Assembly (NCBI GenBank): GCA_035471805.1
Contig: DATIPS010000050.1
Span: forward strand, 9,244 to 73,243
Length of the DNA stretch: 64,000 bases
Reading direction: 5' to 3'
Source: Acidimicrobiia bacterium
GTDB taxonomy: Bacteria; Actinomycetota; Acidimicrobiia; Spongiisociales; JAHEDJ01
This document shows, piece after piece, positions 20,885 through 30,495 of this stretch (its first letter is position 1; every line of letters begins with the position of its first letter). The translations under genes were made by a program, and so were the position numbers. The notes under the pieces are model-generated. The model was given only the letters and a program-made list of their open reading frames with translations. It did no database searches and was not told the origin of the DNA.

Positions 20885-22555
20885 GTGCACGAGGGACTCA
20901 GAAATCTAGGAGACGAGTATCGCGAAGCTTGGCTGCGACGCTCCCCCACGACTGCTTTGATGCTGGGCGATCACCGCTACGACGACCAGATGGAGGATCT
21001 GTCGCGTGAGGCAGAAGACGATGCCATCGCCGAGCTCAGATCGTTCGCCGATCGGGCAGAAGCGATAGACCCGGCCGACCTCTCACTCCAGGAACGCCTG
21101 AGTCGGGAGGTCCTGATCTTCGAAGCTCGCACCGGCGCCGCCGTGACCGAGACCCGCCAGGCCGAACTCGAGGCCAACCCGGCCATGAGCCTCCACGTGC
21201 TGCTCCCCACTGCCGCCGCGCAGTTCCCGATCATCGAACCGGAGCATGCCGAGGCGCTCGTGGTCAAGTGCGAGAAGCTCGGCAGAGCGATCGAACAGTG
21301 GGCCGTACGCCTTCAGGAAGGCGTCGCAAACGACCGGACCCCACCGGCACTGATGGCAGAGAAAGTGGTCCACCAACTCGACGAATACCTGGCCAGCCCC
21401 CTGGAATCAGACCCGCTGGCAACGGGAGTCCGGGCACCCGCCGCTTTCGACGAGGCAACGGAGGAGGCCTGGCGAGGCCGGCTCCGCGAAAGGGTCGGAT
21501 CCCACGTTCGGCCCGGCTTCGCAGAGTTGCGCAGGGTCCTGGCCGAGGAGGTGCTTCCAGTCGCCCGCCCCGACCATGAGGTGGGCATCCAGTGGATCGA
21601 GGGCGGCGAAGAGGCATACAGGGCCGCCATACTCAACAACACCTCGGTCGACATGACGGCCGAGGAGATCCACCAAATCGGATTGGACACCATCGCCTCC
21701 ATCGAGGACGAATACCGACTGCTGGGTTCCGAGGTCTTCGGAAGCCGGGACCTTCAGACGATCTACTCGAAACTGAATGAGGACCCGAACCTGCGCTACG
21801 AGACCGCCGACGAGGTTGTCGCGGCCTCCGAAGAGGCCTTCGCCAAGGCCAAGGCGGCCATCGGGGGCTGGTTCGGTCGGCTCCCCAAGGCCGACTGCCT
21901 CGTCTCGACCGTCACCCAGGGTCCCGAGGCGTTCTACTTCCCGCCGGCCGAAGACGGCAGCCGGCCGGGCATCTTCTTCATGAACGTCGCAGAACCTTCC
22001 TCCTGGACCAGGTATGCGCTGGAAGCGACCGTCTTCCACGAGGGTATCCCGGGCCACCACCTGCAACTCGCCATCGCCCAGGAACTCGAGGACATCCCGG
22101 AGTTCAGGAAACACACTTCGGTGACCGCCTACGCGGAGGGTTGGGGCCTGTATACCGAACGGCTCTCGGACGAGATGGGGCTCTACAGCGGTCCTCTGCA
22201 GCGGATGGGGATGCTCTCGGCCGACTCTCTGCGGGCCTCCCGCCTGGTAGTCGACACGGGCATGCACGCACTGGGGTGGAGCCGGCAACAGGCAATCGAC
22301 TACATGACGGCCAATGTGCCGGCCAGCGGCGTTTCCCTCACCAATGAGGTCGACCGCTACATCGGTCTGCCGGGCCAGGCACTCGCCTACATGATCGGGC
22401 GCAGGGAGATCATGCGGATAAGGTCCAAGGCGAAGGCGGCATTGGGCGGGTCGTTCGATATCAAGAGCTTCCACGACACGATCCTCGGCTCCGGAGCGCT
22501 GCCGCTACCCGTGCTGGCGCACCTAGTCGACGAATGGGTGGCCGGACGAGCCTGA
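20885..22555 (+). CDS. DUF885-family protein (putative metallopeptidase-like).
   Basis: Length and motifs (...FHEGIPGHHLQLAIAQE...YIGLPGQALAYMIGRREI...) are typical of bacterial DUF885. The track ORF starts at 20783 and overlaps tRNA-Arg; the GTG at 20885 after the tRNA is the more likely start. Confidence 0.75.
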   Translation: MHEGLRNLGDEYREAWLRRSPTTALMLGDHRYDDQMEDLSREAEDDAIAELRSFADRAEAIDPADLSLQERLSREVLIFEARTGAAVTETRQAELEANPAMSLHVLLPTAAAQFPIIEPEHAEALVVKCEKLGRAIEQWAVRLQEGVANDRTPPALMAEKVVHQLDEYLASPLESDPLATGVRAPAAFDEATEEAWRGRLRERVGSHVRPGFAELRRVLAEEVLPVARPDHEVGIQWIEGGEEAYRAAILNNTSVDMTAEEIHQIGLDTIASIEDEYRLLGSEVFGSRDLQTIYSKLNEDPNLRYETADEVVAASEEAFAKAKAAIGGWFGRLPKADCLVSTVTQGPEAFYFPPAEDGSRPGIFFMNVAEPSSWTRYALEATVFHEGIPGHHLQLAIAQELEDIPEFRKHTSVTAYAEGWGLYTERLSDEMGLYSGPLQRMGMLSADSLRASRLVVDTGMHALGWSRQQAIDYMTANVPASGVSLTNEVDRYIGLPGQALAYMIGRREIMRIRSKAKAALGGSFDIKSFHDTILGSGALPLPVLAHLVDEWVAGRA

Positions 22556-22564
22556 ATCCATGTT

Positions 22565-22611
22565 TTCTCGGCAATACTGTTGCGCGTGGAGAACCACAGT
22601 ATTGCTGAGAA
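22565..22611 (+). repeat. Copy 1 of a 47-nt conserved stem-loop repeat (16-bp stem, 15-nt loop UGCGCGUGGAGAACC).
   Basis: ttctcggcaatactgt-TGCGCGTGGAGAACC-acagtattgctgagaa lies 10 nt after the DUF885 stop. Followed by a second GC hairpin GAGGGCCCGCAggtGCGGGCCCTC (22617-22640). Confidence 0.8.
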
Positions 22612-22645
22612 AATCTGAGGGCCCGCAGGTGCGGGCCCTCAGTTG

Positions 22646-22735
22646 CGGAGAGGGAGGGATTTGAACCCTCGAGGAGGCTTTAAACCCCCTACTCGCTTAG
22701 CAGGCGAGCGCCTTCGACCGCTCGGCCACCTCTCC
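22646..22735 (-). tRNA. tRNA-Ser (anticodon GCT).
   Basis: 90-nt class II tRNA: GGAGAGG acceptor, D-arm GCCGAGCGGTCGAAGGC, anticodon loop CT-GCT-AA, long variable arm, T-arm GGTTCAAATCC. Confidence 0.85.
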
Positions 22736-22845
22736 AAAGCCGACCGAAGGTCGGCCGTACGGCGCACAACGTACCCCGTACGGCGCCATTCTACGAGTCC
22801 GCGACCATCTCAACGACTCGGCCGGTACTTCCCGGCCCGCCGCGG

Positions 22846-22935
22846 CGGAGGGAGTGGGATTCGAACCCACGGAACCGCTTAACACGGTTCAACAGTTTTC
22901 AAGACTGTCGCCTTCGTCCGCTCGGCCATCCCTCC
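22846..22935 (-). tRNA. tRNA-Ser (anticodon TGA).
   Basis: 90-nt class II tRNA: GGAGGGA acceptor, anticodon loop CT-TGA-AA, long variable arm, T-arm GGTTCGAATCC. Confidence 0.85.
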
Positions 22936-22972
22936 GGGCGCCCGGCTTCGCCGCCTCCGGCGGCCGGCCCGG

Positions 22973-23063
22973 CGGAGGGAGTGGGATTCGAACCCACGAG
23001 GGCGGGTAAACGCCCTACGGCATTTCGAGTGCCGCGCACTAGGCCGGACTATGCGATCCCTCC
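22973..23063 (-). tRNA. tRNA-Ser (anticodon CGA).
   Basis: 91-nt class II tRNA: GGAGGGA acceptor, anticodon loop CT-CGA-AA, long variable arm, T-arm GGTTCGAATCC. Confidence 0.85.
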
Positions 23064-23120
23064 GAGGAACCCGGATTGTACACATCGCTTTCCGACCGAA
23101 ACCTGTGTGAGAATGCTCCC

Positions 23121-24332
23121 ATGGATCACGGTGCCGCCATCAGCTCAGAAGTCGGACGGTTGCGAACGGTCGTCATCCACCGGCCCGACCTCGAGCTCTC
23201 CCGGATAACCCCGGGCAACAAGGACGAGTTGCTGTTTGATGAGCTGATCTGGCTTGAACGGGCCCAGCACGAGCACGATGCCTTTGCCGACATAATGAGG
23301 AGCAACGGCACCGAGGTCCTCTACATCACCGACCTCCTCGAAGATGTCCTGACCGATCGAAGCGTCGCCGATGCAGTGATCGCCGGGCACGTCACGCCCG
23401 ACCTCTGCGGGGCCCGACTGTCGGCCTGGGTCAGGCGGTTCCTGGCCGAGCTCTCTCCAATGGAACTGGTGCGGCACTTGATAGGCGGCGTAACGCTCGA
23501 CGAGGTCGGAGCGACCGGCGGCCTGGTCGCGGCCCTGCACGGGCCCCACGACTTCCTGCTTCCGCCGCTCCCGAATATGGTCTTCATGCGAGATTCGTCC
23601 ATCTGGATCGGCAGCGGCGTAGTCCTGTCCCCAATGAACAGGATCGTCCGCCGCAGGGAGACCGACCTGCTGCGCCTGGTGTACTCACTTCACCCACGGT
23701 TCGCAGGTTCACAAATATGGTTCGGAAACGAACCGGGTGAGCACTTTCCCGCTTCGGTCGAGGGGGGTGACGTGCTCGTGGTGGGCGAACGTGGGATCGC
23801 AATCGGAGTGTCCGAGAGGACCTCCCCGACCGGAGCCGCCGCCCTGGCCGCCCGCCTCTTTGAAGGGGATGTGGTCGACCGAGTACTGGCCGTCGAACTG
23901 CCCAAAGAGCGCTCCACGATGCACCTCGATACCGTCGTGACGATGGTCGACCGGGACCGGTTCGTGCTCTATCCGCGCATCCGCTCACGCGTTCGAGCAC
24001 TTCAGGTGACGCCGGGTTCCGAGTTGGGGCTACACGTCGAGGGAGAGGTCGACCTGGTCGCCGGGCTCGCCTGGGCCGCCGGCCTCGAGGCGGCCGACGT
24101 GATTGAACCGTCGATGACGAGTATCCAGGCAGACCGGGAGCAGTGGAACGACGCCAACAACACCTTTGCGATCGGTCCCGGCGAGATAGTTGCCTACGAA
24201 CGCAACGTGGCGACCAACGAGATCATGGAGGAGGCGGGTATCACGGTGCATCGGATGCCGTCGTTCGAGCTGCCTCGCGGGCGGGGTGGACCCCGTTGCA
24301 TGACCTGTCCGGTTTCCCGAAATCCCTTGTAG
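23121..24332 (+). CDS. arcA: Arginine deiminase.
   Basis: MDHGAAISSEVGRLRTVVIHRPDLELSRITPGNKDELLFDELIWLERAQHEHDAFADIMRS... and C-terminal ...GGPRCMTCPVSR (catalytic Cys) match ArcA. The ATG at 23121 fits N-terminal alignment better than the track start at 23076. Confidence 0.9.
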   Translation: MDHGAAISSEVGRLRTVVIHRPDLELSRITPGNKDELLFDELIWLERAQHEHDAFADIMRSNGTEVLYITDLLEDVLTDRSVADAVIAGHVTPDLCGARLSAWVRRFLAELSPMELVRHLIGGVTLDEVGATGGLVAALHGPHDFLLPPLPNMVFMRDSSIWIGSGVVLSPMNRIVRRRETDLLRLVYSLHPRFAGSQIWFGNEPGEHFPASVEGGDVLVVGERGIAIGVSERTSPTGAAALAARLFEGDVVDRVLAVELPKERSTMHLDTVVTMVDRDRFVLYPRIRSRVRALQVTPGSELGLHVEGEVDLVAGLAWAAGLEAADVIEPSMTSIQADREQWNDANNTFAIGPGEIVAYERNVATNEIMEEAGITVHRMPSFELPRGRGGPRCMTCPVSRNPL

Positions 24333-24338
24333 GAGGAT

Positions 24339-24385
24339 TTCTCAGCAATGCTGTTGCGCGTGGAGAACCACAGTATTGCTGAGAA
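24339..24385 (+). repeat. Copy 2 of the 47-nt stem-loop repeat.
   Basis: ttctcagcaatgctgt-TGCGCGTGGAGAACC-acagtattgctgagaa lies 7 nt after the arcA stop, between convergent arcA and tadA. The loop is identical to copy 1. The single arm difference is a G·U wobble that pairs only in a plus-strand transcript. Confidence 0.8.
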
Positions 24386-24396
24386 ATCAGAAGGGT

Positions 24397-24855
24397 TCAG
24401 CGTTTCGGCTCGAAGAAGCCCCTCAGCAGCTCTCCGCATTCCTCTGCGCGGACTCCGGCGATCACCTCGCACCGGTGGTTCAACCGGCGGTCCTGCGGAA
24501 TGTTGTACAGGCTCCACACGGCGCCGGCCTTGAAGTCGGCCGCACCGTAGACGATCCGGTCCAACCGCGACCACATCGCCGCCCCGGCGCACATCGGACA
24601 CGGCTCCAACGTCACGACCAGCGTGTGGCCCGTCAATCGCCAGTCGTCCAGTTCCCGGGCGCGCCGCGAGACGACCAGCATCTCCGCGTGCGCCGTCGGG
24701 TCGGATAGTTCCTCCCGACGGTTGTGATCCGAAGCGACCACCTTCCCGCCGGCGTCGAGCAGCACGGCACCAACCGGAACGTCCCCGTGTCCGAGGGCGG
24801 CACCGGCTTCTTCGAGGGCAAGTCCCATCGCGTCGGTGAAGTCGAGGTCTTTCAC
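24397..24855 (-). CDS. tadA: tRNA-specific adenosine deaminase (CMP/dCMP deaminase zinc-binding).
   Basis: HAEMLV...TLEPCPMCAGA zinc-binding motifs and ...VPVGAVLLDAGGKVVASDHN... are typical of TadA. Start is the GTG at 24855 or the ATG at 24828. Confidence 0.85.
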   Translation of the reverse strand: MKDLDFTDAMGLALEEAGAALGHGDVPVGAVLLDAGGKVVASDHNRREELSDPTAHAEMLVVSRRARELDDWRLTGHTLVVTLEPCPMCAGAAMWSRLDRIVYGAADFKAGAVWSLYNIPQDRRLNHRCEVIAGVRAEECGELLRGFFEPKR

Positions 24856-24877
24856 GGCCCCTACACTATGTCACCCT

Positions 24878-24968
24878 GGAGGGATCGCATAGTCTGGCCT
24901 AGTGCGCACGCCTGGAAAGCGTGTAGGGGGTGCAAGCTCCCTCGCGGGTTCGAATCCCGCTCCCTCCG
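24878..24968 (+). tRNA. tRNA-Ser (anticodon GGA).
   Basis: 91-nt class II tRNA: GGAGGGA acceptor, D-arm, anticodon loop CT-GGA-AA, long variable arm, T-arm GGTTCGAATCC. Ends ...TCCCTCC-G, no CCA. Confidence 0.85.
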
Positions 24969-25117
24969 CAAACTCTCTTCCCGCGGGCGAGCAGCCGCAC
25001 CGGTTCCCGGTCGTGGACGGTCCGCCGGGGCCCCGATACCGGCGGACCGTCCGGCCTCCGCCGACTCTCAGCCTCCAGTACCCGGCCTCCTGCCCGCCCG
25101 GCGCCGGAGGAGAACGG

Positions 25118-25408
25118 CGAGCGGGCTACAATGCTCTTTCCGTGCTAAGTGGGGCGCTAGGGGTGCCCTGAACCCGAAATCCTCTACATGCGGGACTGAA
25201 TTCCCTGCCCGAGCGTGACGGCGGTCGGGTTTGCACCGGGCACGTGGTGTTGACGGCCGGGTCCTGCGCGGCGGGGTCTCGTGAATCGGGTCAGGTCCGG
25301 AAGGAAGCAGCCCTAAGCGATACACCCCGGGTGCCGCAGGAGCGCCTGGTCCGAGCCAACGATCCGGAAAGCGCCGGTCGCTGCTCATGCGACGGCAGGG
25401 TGCACGGG
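25118..25408 (+). ncRNA. ffs: Signal recognition particle RNA, long (Bacillus-type, with Alu domain); ends approximate to within about 15 nt.
   Basis: The domain IV core CGGGTCAGGTCCGGAAGGAAGCAGCCCTAAGCG (25288-25320) matches the universal 4.5S motif. The flanking segments GTGCTAAGTGGGGCGCTAGGGGTGCCCTGAACCC (5') and GTGCCGCAGGAGCGCCTGGTCCGAGC...GGTGCACGG (3') parallel the B. subtilis scRNA Alu-domain helices. A terminator-like hairpin CCTCGCCCGGGAGGCGAGG follows. Confidence 0.8.
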
Positions 25409-25500
25409 AACCTCGCCCGGGAGGCGAGGCGGCCTCCGGCGTCCCCGGGCAACCCGTTGCGGGCCTTCCACGGGAGCCGAGGGGACGTGTCGAACAGCCG

Positions 25501-26133
25501 CTACGGCTTCCGCATGACCGCTCCATAGACGAAACCCAGCGGACCCATCCTCCATACGCGCTCCAACGTGAGCGGACCGGAGGCGAACAGCTCCTCGGGC
25601 GGCGCCAGTTTGTCCAATGACCGGTGCAGATACCAGTACTCGCCGGGTGATCCGATCATCAGGCCGGCCAGGGGCAGGAACACCGCAGAGCCGATCCTGT
25701 GCAGGAGGCGGGCATACCGATTGCGCGGCCTGCCGAGGCCGACAACCACCAGCACCCCTCCCGGCCGCAGCACCCGGGCAACCTCTCGCAGCGTCGCCGG
25801 AATCGAGCTCAGATTGCGGAACACGTAGGCCGAGAAGACACCGTCGAACGACTCGTCGGCGAAAGGCAGTCCCTCGCCGTAGGCCACCACCCGCGTCCCG
25901 ATCGGGTTCAGTTCGAGCATCTCGGGAACCGGATCGAGGGCAACGACCTCGCGGCCTCCGAACACCGGCTGCGCCGCGCCCGTGCCGCTGCCGAGGTCCA
26001 GAACCCGACCCTCAGGCAGGTACACGACACCCCGCCGCCGCCACTCTTGCTCCCGACCGAACGACAGAACCCTATTCAGGAGGTCGTACCGGCGGGCGAT
26101 GCGAGAGAAGATCTCCCGCGGACGATCGCTCAT
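25501..26133 (-). CDS. Class I SAM-dependent methyltransferase (UbiE/MenG-like).
   Basis: MSDRPREIFSRIARRYDLLNRVLSFGREQEWRR...VLDLGSGTG...VFRNL... Its start at 26133 overlaps the serS stop; the N-terminal extension in the track is out of context. Confidence 0.75.
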   Translation of the reverse strand: MSDRPREIFSRIARRYDLLNRVLSFGREQEWRRRGVVYLPEGRVLDLGSGTGAAQPVFGGREVVALDPVPEMLELNPIGTRVVAYGEGLPFADESFDGVFSAYVFRNLSSIPATLREVARVLRPGGVLVVVGLGRPRNRYARLLHRIGSAVFLPLAGLMIGSPGEYWYLHRSLDKLAPPEELFASGPLTLERVWRMGPLGFVYGAVMRKP

Positions 26134-27386
26134 GCCTCGATGACGTCGAAGCCCACGTAGGGACGAAGCGCCTCCGGAATCACGATCGAACCGTCCGCTT
26201 GCTGATTGTTCTCGATCAATGCCAGGAGGGTCCGCCCGACGGCAACCGCCGTTCCGTTGAGCGTGTAAACGAGTCGATTGCCCTGCTCGGACCTGAACCG
26301 CGCCTTGAGCCTCCGTGCTTGATAGTCCGTCGTGTTCGAGCACGAGGTGATCTCCCGGAACGCCTCCTGGGAGGGGATCCACGCCTCGATGTCGTATTTC
26401 TTCGCAGCCGACGCACCGAGGTCGCCTGCCGCGACGTTGACGACCCGGTACGGCAACCCGAGCGCCTGGACGATTCCCTCTTCCATCGCCAGGAGCATCT
26501 CGTGTTCCTCCCAGCTCCTGTCCGGGTGGCAGAAGGAGAACATCTCGACCTTGTCGAACTGGTGAACGCGAAAGATACCCCGCGTGTCCTTGCCGTAGGT
26601 GCCGGCCTCGCGGCGGAAGCAGGTCGAGAAGCCTGCATATCGGACCGGCAGGTCCGCCTCGTCGAGGATCTCGTCGAGGTGAAGCGCCGCCAGCGAGACC
26701 TCCGAGGTTCCGACCAGGTACAGATCCTCACCCTCGATGGCATACACCTGCTCGCGGTCGGCCGGGAAGAAACCCGTTCCGTACAGCGCCTCTTCGCGAA
26801 CCAACACCGGGGGAATGACCGGCGTGAAGCCGCCCTCGATCAGTCGATCCATGGCGAAGCGGACCAGGCCGAACTCGAGAAGGGCCGCCTTTCCCTTCAA
26901 ATAGGCGAACCGGCTGCCCGAAGTCTTGACTCCGCGCCCCACGTCGATGATGTCGAGGGCCTCTCCGAGGTCCTGGTGGTCCCGTACCTCGAACCCGAAG
27001 GCGGGGATGTCCCCCCAGCGCTTTACCTCGACGGCGTCGTCCTCGGTCGTGCCGTCCGGGGCCGAGTCGTGGGCGAGGTTGGGCACCTGCACCCAGAGGG
27101 CTTCGAACCGCTCGTCGATCTCGTCGGCTTCGGCGGTCAGGCGCTTGTAATCCTCCGAGAGGGCGGCGGCACGGGTGATGGCTGCCTGTTTCTCTTCGCC
27201 CTGGAGGGAGGCAATGGCCTTGCCCGACTGCTTCTGTTCGGCCCGCACGCTCTCCGCCTGGTGGCGAACCTCACGCCGCAGGCGGTCGAGTTCGATCAGT
27301 TCGTCGACGCTGATGCCGGAGGCTCGTCTGGCGAGTGCGCCGCGAAGCGACTCTGGATTCTCACGAAGAATGTTGACATCGATCAT
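26130..27386 (-). CDS. serS: Seryl-tRNA synthetase.
   Basis: 418 aa with class II aaRS motifs (...FRREAGTYGKDTRGIFRVHQFDKVE..., ...TLNGTAVAVGRTLLALIENNQ...) and an N-terminal coiled-coil tRNA-binding arm. Confidence 0.95.
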   Translation of the reverse strand: MIDVNILRENPESLRGALARRASGISVDELIELDRLRREVRHQAESVRAEQKQSGKAIASLQGEEKQAAITRAAALSEDYKRLTAEADEIDERFEALWVQVPNLAHDSAPDGTTEDDAVEVKRWGDIPAFGFEVRDHQDLGEALDIIDVGRGVKTSGSRFAYLKGKAALLEFGLVRFAMDRLIEGGFTPVIPPVLVREEALYGTGFFPADREQVYAIEGEDLYLVGTSEVSLAALHLDEILDEADLPVRYAGFSTCFRREAGTYGKDTRGIFRVHQFDKVEMFSFCHPDRSWEEHEMLLAMEEGIVQALGLPYRVVNVAAGDLGASAAKKYDIEAWIPSQEAFREITSCSNTTDYQARRLKARFRSEQGNRLVYTLNGTAVAVGRTLLALIENNQQADGSIVIPEALRPYVGFDVIEA

Positions 27387-27432
27387 TGCCGGATGATGGT
27401 ACCCCGGGGAACGGCGGCAGAGGTTGCCGGCT

Positions 27433-28443
27433 TCACGAAGCAGCTTGGACGAAGAAGGAAAGCGTCTCGGTGTTGTTGTCCGTGTCGATGTCGTCGACGA
27501 CCGCGGTCGCTATTGCCAGCACCTGGTGGGTAATGCCCTCAACGACGGGAATGTCGAAGAACTCGACCGTGCGCGAGGCGCCCGGTTCGAGCGACAGGAT
27601 CGTCGTTTGATCGCTGAAGACGTTGAGGCCGTCGGCCAGGGTCGTCACCCGCACCACGACGACCAGGTCGGTCTCGGGCAGGTTGCCGGCATTGGAGACG
27701 ACCACCCGGGCATTGACGAGTTCGGTGAAGGCCAGAACACCCACCCCGTCGTTGTCGCCGCCGGTGAAGCCCGGTTCCAGCTCTATCTGATTGATTCTGA
27801 CGTCGTGAAAGGCCGCCACCTCACCCGCCCCGCGCACTGCCGTCGCCAGGAGCTCGCCGCTGAGCACCAGGCCGCTCGAAGGGGCATAGGCGATCAGCGG
27901 CATGACGCCGATATCCATCTCCAGGTCTGTGCGGAGGTCCCCCACAGACAGAAGGAAACGCTCGTAGAGGCGGTCGCCCACCCGGATCTCCGTCAGGGCG
28001 TTGTCGATGGCGATGATCGGAATCGGACTGAGGGGCTCGTCGGCAGCTGCGAGCAGTCCGGCCTCGAGTGCCGAAGATCCGGCCAGCCACGCCTCGAGGG
28101 CCTCGTTGAACAACGCCTCGGAGTTTGCTCCGCTGGCGGGAACGGTGAGTTCTGCGAGATCGGTGAGCGAGTTGGTGATCGCCGTCTCTACTCCACCGAA
28201 CATCGTCCCGATCCGATCGCGGTCCGCGCCCTGGATCTCGAAGTTCAGAAAGTCACGGAAGTCTGCCGCCAGCGCCTCTTGCGCGAGGGAGGACACTTTT
28301 GCCAGGTCCACAAACTCGCGGAGATCGGCACGATCACTCCGAAGGTTGGCGAAGACGAGTGCACTGGCTGTGAGAAGCGTGACGGCAATCAGGGCAAATA
28401 GCCTGCCGCGACGCTTCCGATACCTGGGCGGTTCCGGAAACAT
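27433..28443 (-). CDS. Hypothetical membrane-anchored protein (336 aa).
   Basis: N-terminal TM LFALIAVTLLTASALVFANL, then an Ala/Leu/Asp-rich extracytoplasmic region; no recognised domain. Confidence 0.5.
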   Translation of the reverse strand: MFPEPPRYRKRRGRLFALIAVTLLTASALVFANLRSDRADLREFVDLAKVSSLAQEALAADFRDFLNFEIQGADRDRIGTMFGGVETAITNSLTDLAELTVPASGANSEALFNEALEAWLAGSSALEAGLLAAADEPLSPIPIIAIDNALTEIRVGDRLYERFLLSVGDLRTDLEMDIGVMPLIAYAPSSGLVLSGELLATAVRGAGEVAAFHDVRINQIELEPGFTGGDNDGVGVLAFTELVNARVVVSNAGNLPETDLVVVVRVTTLADGLNVFSDQTTILSLEPGASRTVEFFDIPVVEGITHQVLAIATAVVDDIDTDNNTETLSFFVQAAS

Positions 28444-28557
28444 GTAGTCGGCCTCACTTGATGAACCGGGTTCATCTTGCTGGTGGACTGCAAGTCTGTA
28501 GTGAACCGGCGAGCCGGTCCGGTACAGACATCATGGGCCGAATGCAATCGGCACCGG

Positions 28558-28641
28558 TGGGCGAGGGGGGACTTGAACCCCCACGAGCTATTGCTCACAG
28601 GCACCTGAAGCCTGCGCGTCTGCCAATTCCGCCACTCGCCC
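28558..28641 (-). tRNA. tRNA-Leu (anticodon CAG).
   Basis: 84-nt class II tRNA: GGGCGAG acceptor, D-arm GGCGGAATTGGCAGACGC, anticodon loop TT-CAG-GT, variable arm, T-arm GGTTCAAGTCC. Confidence 0.85.
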
Positions 28642-28720
28642 GTGGACGGCGCGAAATGGTACCACGACGCCCTCGCGGAGGATTCGTCGGCCCCGACCGA
28701 TAAACTCCGCGTCGTGGACA

Positions 28721-29367
28721 TGGTGCGCAATCTCGAAAGACGCCTCGAGCGCCTCGTTGAAGGCCTGGCCGGCAAGGTCTTCCGGGGACCGCTGCATCCC
28801 GTCGAGCTCGGTGCCCGCCTGGTACGGGAAGCCGACCTGGCGCTCCGGGCCGGCGCGGCGGGGCCGACGGCGCCCAACTCCTACGTTGTCCACGTGCATC
28901 CATCCGAGCTGGGGGAAGGTCTGATTCCCGATGGGCTGGTGACCGAGCTCTCCGCATATATCGAAGACACCGCCACCGAGCGGGGTTGGCGCTTGGAGGG
29001 GCCGGTCGTGGTGCATCTGGAGTTGGACAACGCAACTGCGGTAGGTTCGGTCCGGTGCCGGGCCGAGGTTGTCCCCGGGGTGCTGCCGGCCTGGGGATTC
29101 CTGGCCGGCTCCGCAACGAAGGTCGCACTTCGACACAACCGGATCGTGATCGGTCGCGGCGCGGACAGTGATCTGGTCGTCGACGATCCGACAGTGAGCA
29201 GAACACACGCACTCATCTGGCGCGAAGGAGGGTCCGTATGGGTCATGGATTCCGGTTCGTCGAATGGAACGACCGTCGACGGACTGGCGATCGATGCGCC
29301 CGCCGCCCTCGAGAACGGTTCGCTCCTGGCTTTCGGCTCGATGACCTTCACGTTCCGGAAGGAGTGA
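28721..29367 (+). CDS. fhaA: FHA-domain protein FhaA (DUF3662 N-domain plus C-terminal FHA).
   Basis: MVRNLERRLERLVEGLAGKVFRG (DUF3662-like start) and C-terminal FHA motif IVIGRGADSDLVVDDPTVSRTHALI...GSSNGTTVDG. Adjacent to tRNA-Leu as in mycobacteria. Confidence 0.85.
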
Positions 29368-29374
29368 TCAATCC

Positions 29375-29788
29375 ATGCCGGCTCTGATCCTCACCCTCCT
29401 CAAGCTGATATTCGTGGCGTTGCTGTTCCTGTTCGTCTGGCAGATATCAAGGGCGATCACGAGCCACATCAGCATCGGCGTAACCCGGACCTCCACCAAG
29501 CGCTCCAAGGAGCTGGTGCTCATCCGCTCCGACGATCGGCCGGCGGAGACCTACAAAGTCGTTGACGTACTCATGTTGGGCCGCAGTCCGCAGGCAGATA
29601 TCGTGGTCGACGATCCGTATGCGTCGGAGTTCCACATGCGCTTCGTCGGCGGGGATGAGGGTCTCGTCCTGCATGATCTCGGAAGCACGAACGGAACATA
29701 CGTGAACGGACGCCGGGTCACGGCACCGCAGGTTCTGGTCAAGGGAGACGCAGTGCAGGTAGGCAAGACCGTGCTGGAGGTGCGATGA
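29375..29788 (+). CDS. fhaB: Membrane-anchored FHA-domain protein FhaB/FipA.
   Basis: N-terminal TM ILTLLKLIFVALLFLFVW, then an FHA domain ...LMLGRSPQADIVVDDPYASEFHMRF...GSTNGTYVNG. Confidence 0.85.
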   Translation: MPALILTLLKLIFVALLFLFVWQISRAITSHISIGVTRTSTKRSKELVLIRSDDRPAETYKVVDVLMLGRSPQADIVVDDPYASEFHMRFVGGDEGLVLHDLGSTNGTYVNGRRVTAPQVLVKGDAVQVGKTVLEVR

Positions 29789-30495
29789 AGTACGTCTGGG
29801 CGATAGCGACCCACCGCGGGATGGTGCGGGAATCGAATCAGGACGCCGTGACTCCGACGTCCGGCGGGGCCGGGCCCGGACCCCTCCTGGTGGCGGTTGC
29901 CGACGGGATGGGTGGTCACGCCGGTGGTGAGGTGGCCAGCAGAATCGCCATAGAGACCGTCTCGAGCGGCAGCAAGACCCGGCTCGACGAGCGCATCCTC
30001 GATGCAAACGAGGCCATCGCGGCCGAGAGCCGGGCCGATCCGGCGCTGGCCGGAATGGGAACGACGGTGTCTGCAGCAGAGATCTCAAAGGACGGCACCG
30101 CTCTCATCGGTCACGTCGGAGACAGCAGGGTCTACCTGCTGCGCTCCGGGATTCTCCGCCAGTTGACCACCGATCACACCCTCGTGGCGCAATGGGTAGC
30201 CGAAGGCCGCCTGACGGCTCAAGAAGCGGCCGTGCACCCCCAGCGCAGCATGATCATGCGAGCAGTCGGACACGGACGTCCACTCGAAGTGGACCTCATC
30301 GAGGAACGATTACTCGACGGAGATCGTTTGATGATCTGTTCAGACGGATTGTCCGGGATGATTGATGACGAACTGATCGCCAACCTGTTGTCGAATGGCA
30401 CGGTCGAAGAGTCAGTGTGGGCGCTCGTGGAAGCCGCCAACTCGGCAGGCGGACACGACAACATCACCGTGGCCGCAGTCGACGTCGGCTCGTGA
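29785..30495 (+). CDS. pstP: PP2C-family Ser/Thr phosphatase.
   Basis: ATHRGMVRESNQDAV...VADGMGGHAGGEVAS...ICSDGLSGMIDDE...GGHDNITV is the PPM motif set. Confidence 0.9.
   Translation: MKYVWAIATHRGMVRESNQDAVTPTSGGAGPGPLLVAVADGMGGHAGGEVASRIAIETVSSGSKTRLDERILDANEAIAAESRADPALAGMGTTVSAAEISKDGTALIGHVGDSRVYLLRSGILRQLTTDHTLVAQWVAEGRLTAQEAAVHPQRSMIMRAVGHGRPLEVDLIEERLLDGDRLMICSDGLSGMIDDELIANLLSNGTVEESVWALVEAANSAGGHDNITVAAVDVGS

Noticed and set aside
25126-25131. TACAAT hexamer resembling a -10 promoter box upstream of the SRP core.
   Set aside because: It falls inside the region that aligns with the 5' Alu-domain helices of long SRP RNA, so it is more likely structural than a promoter.
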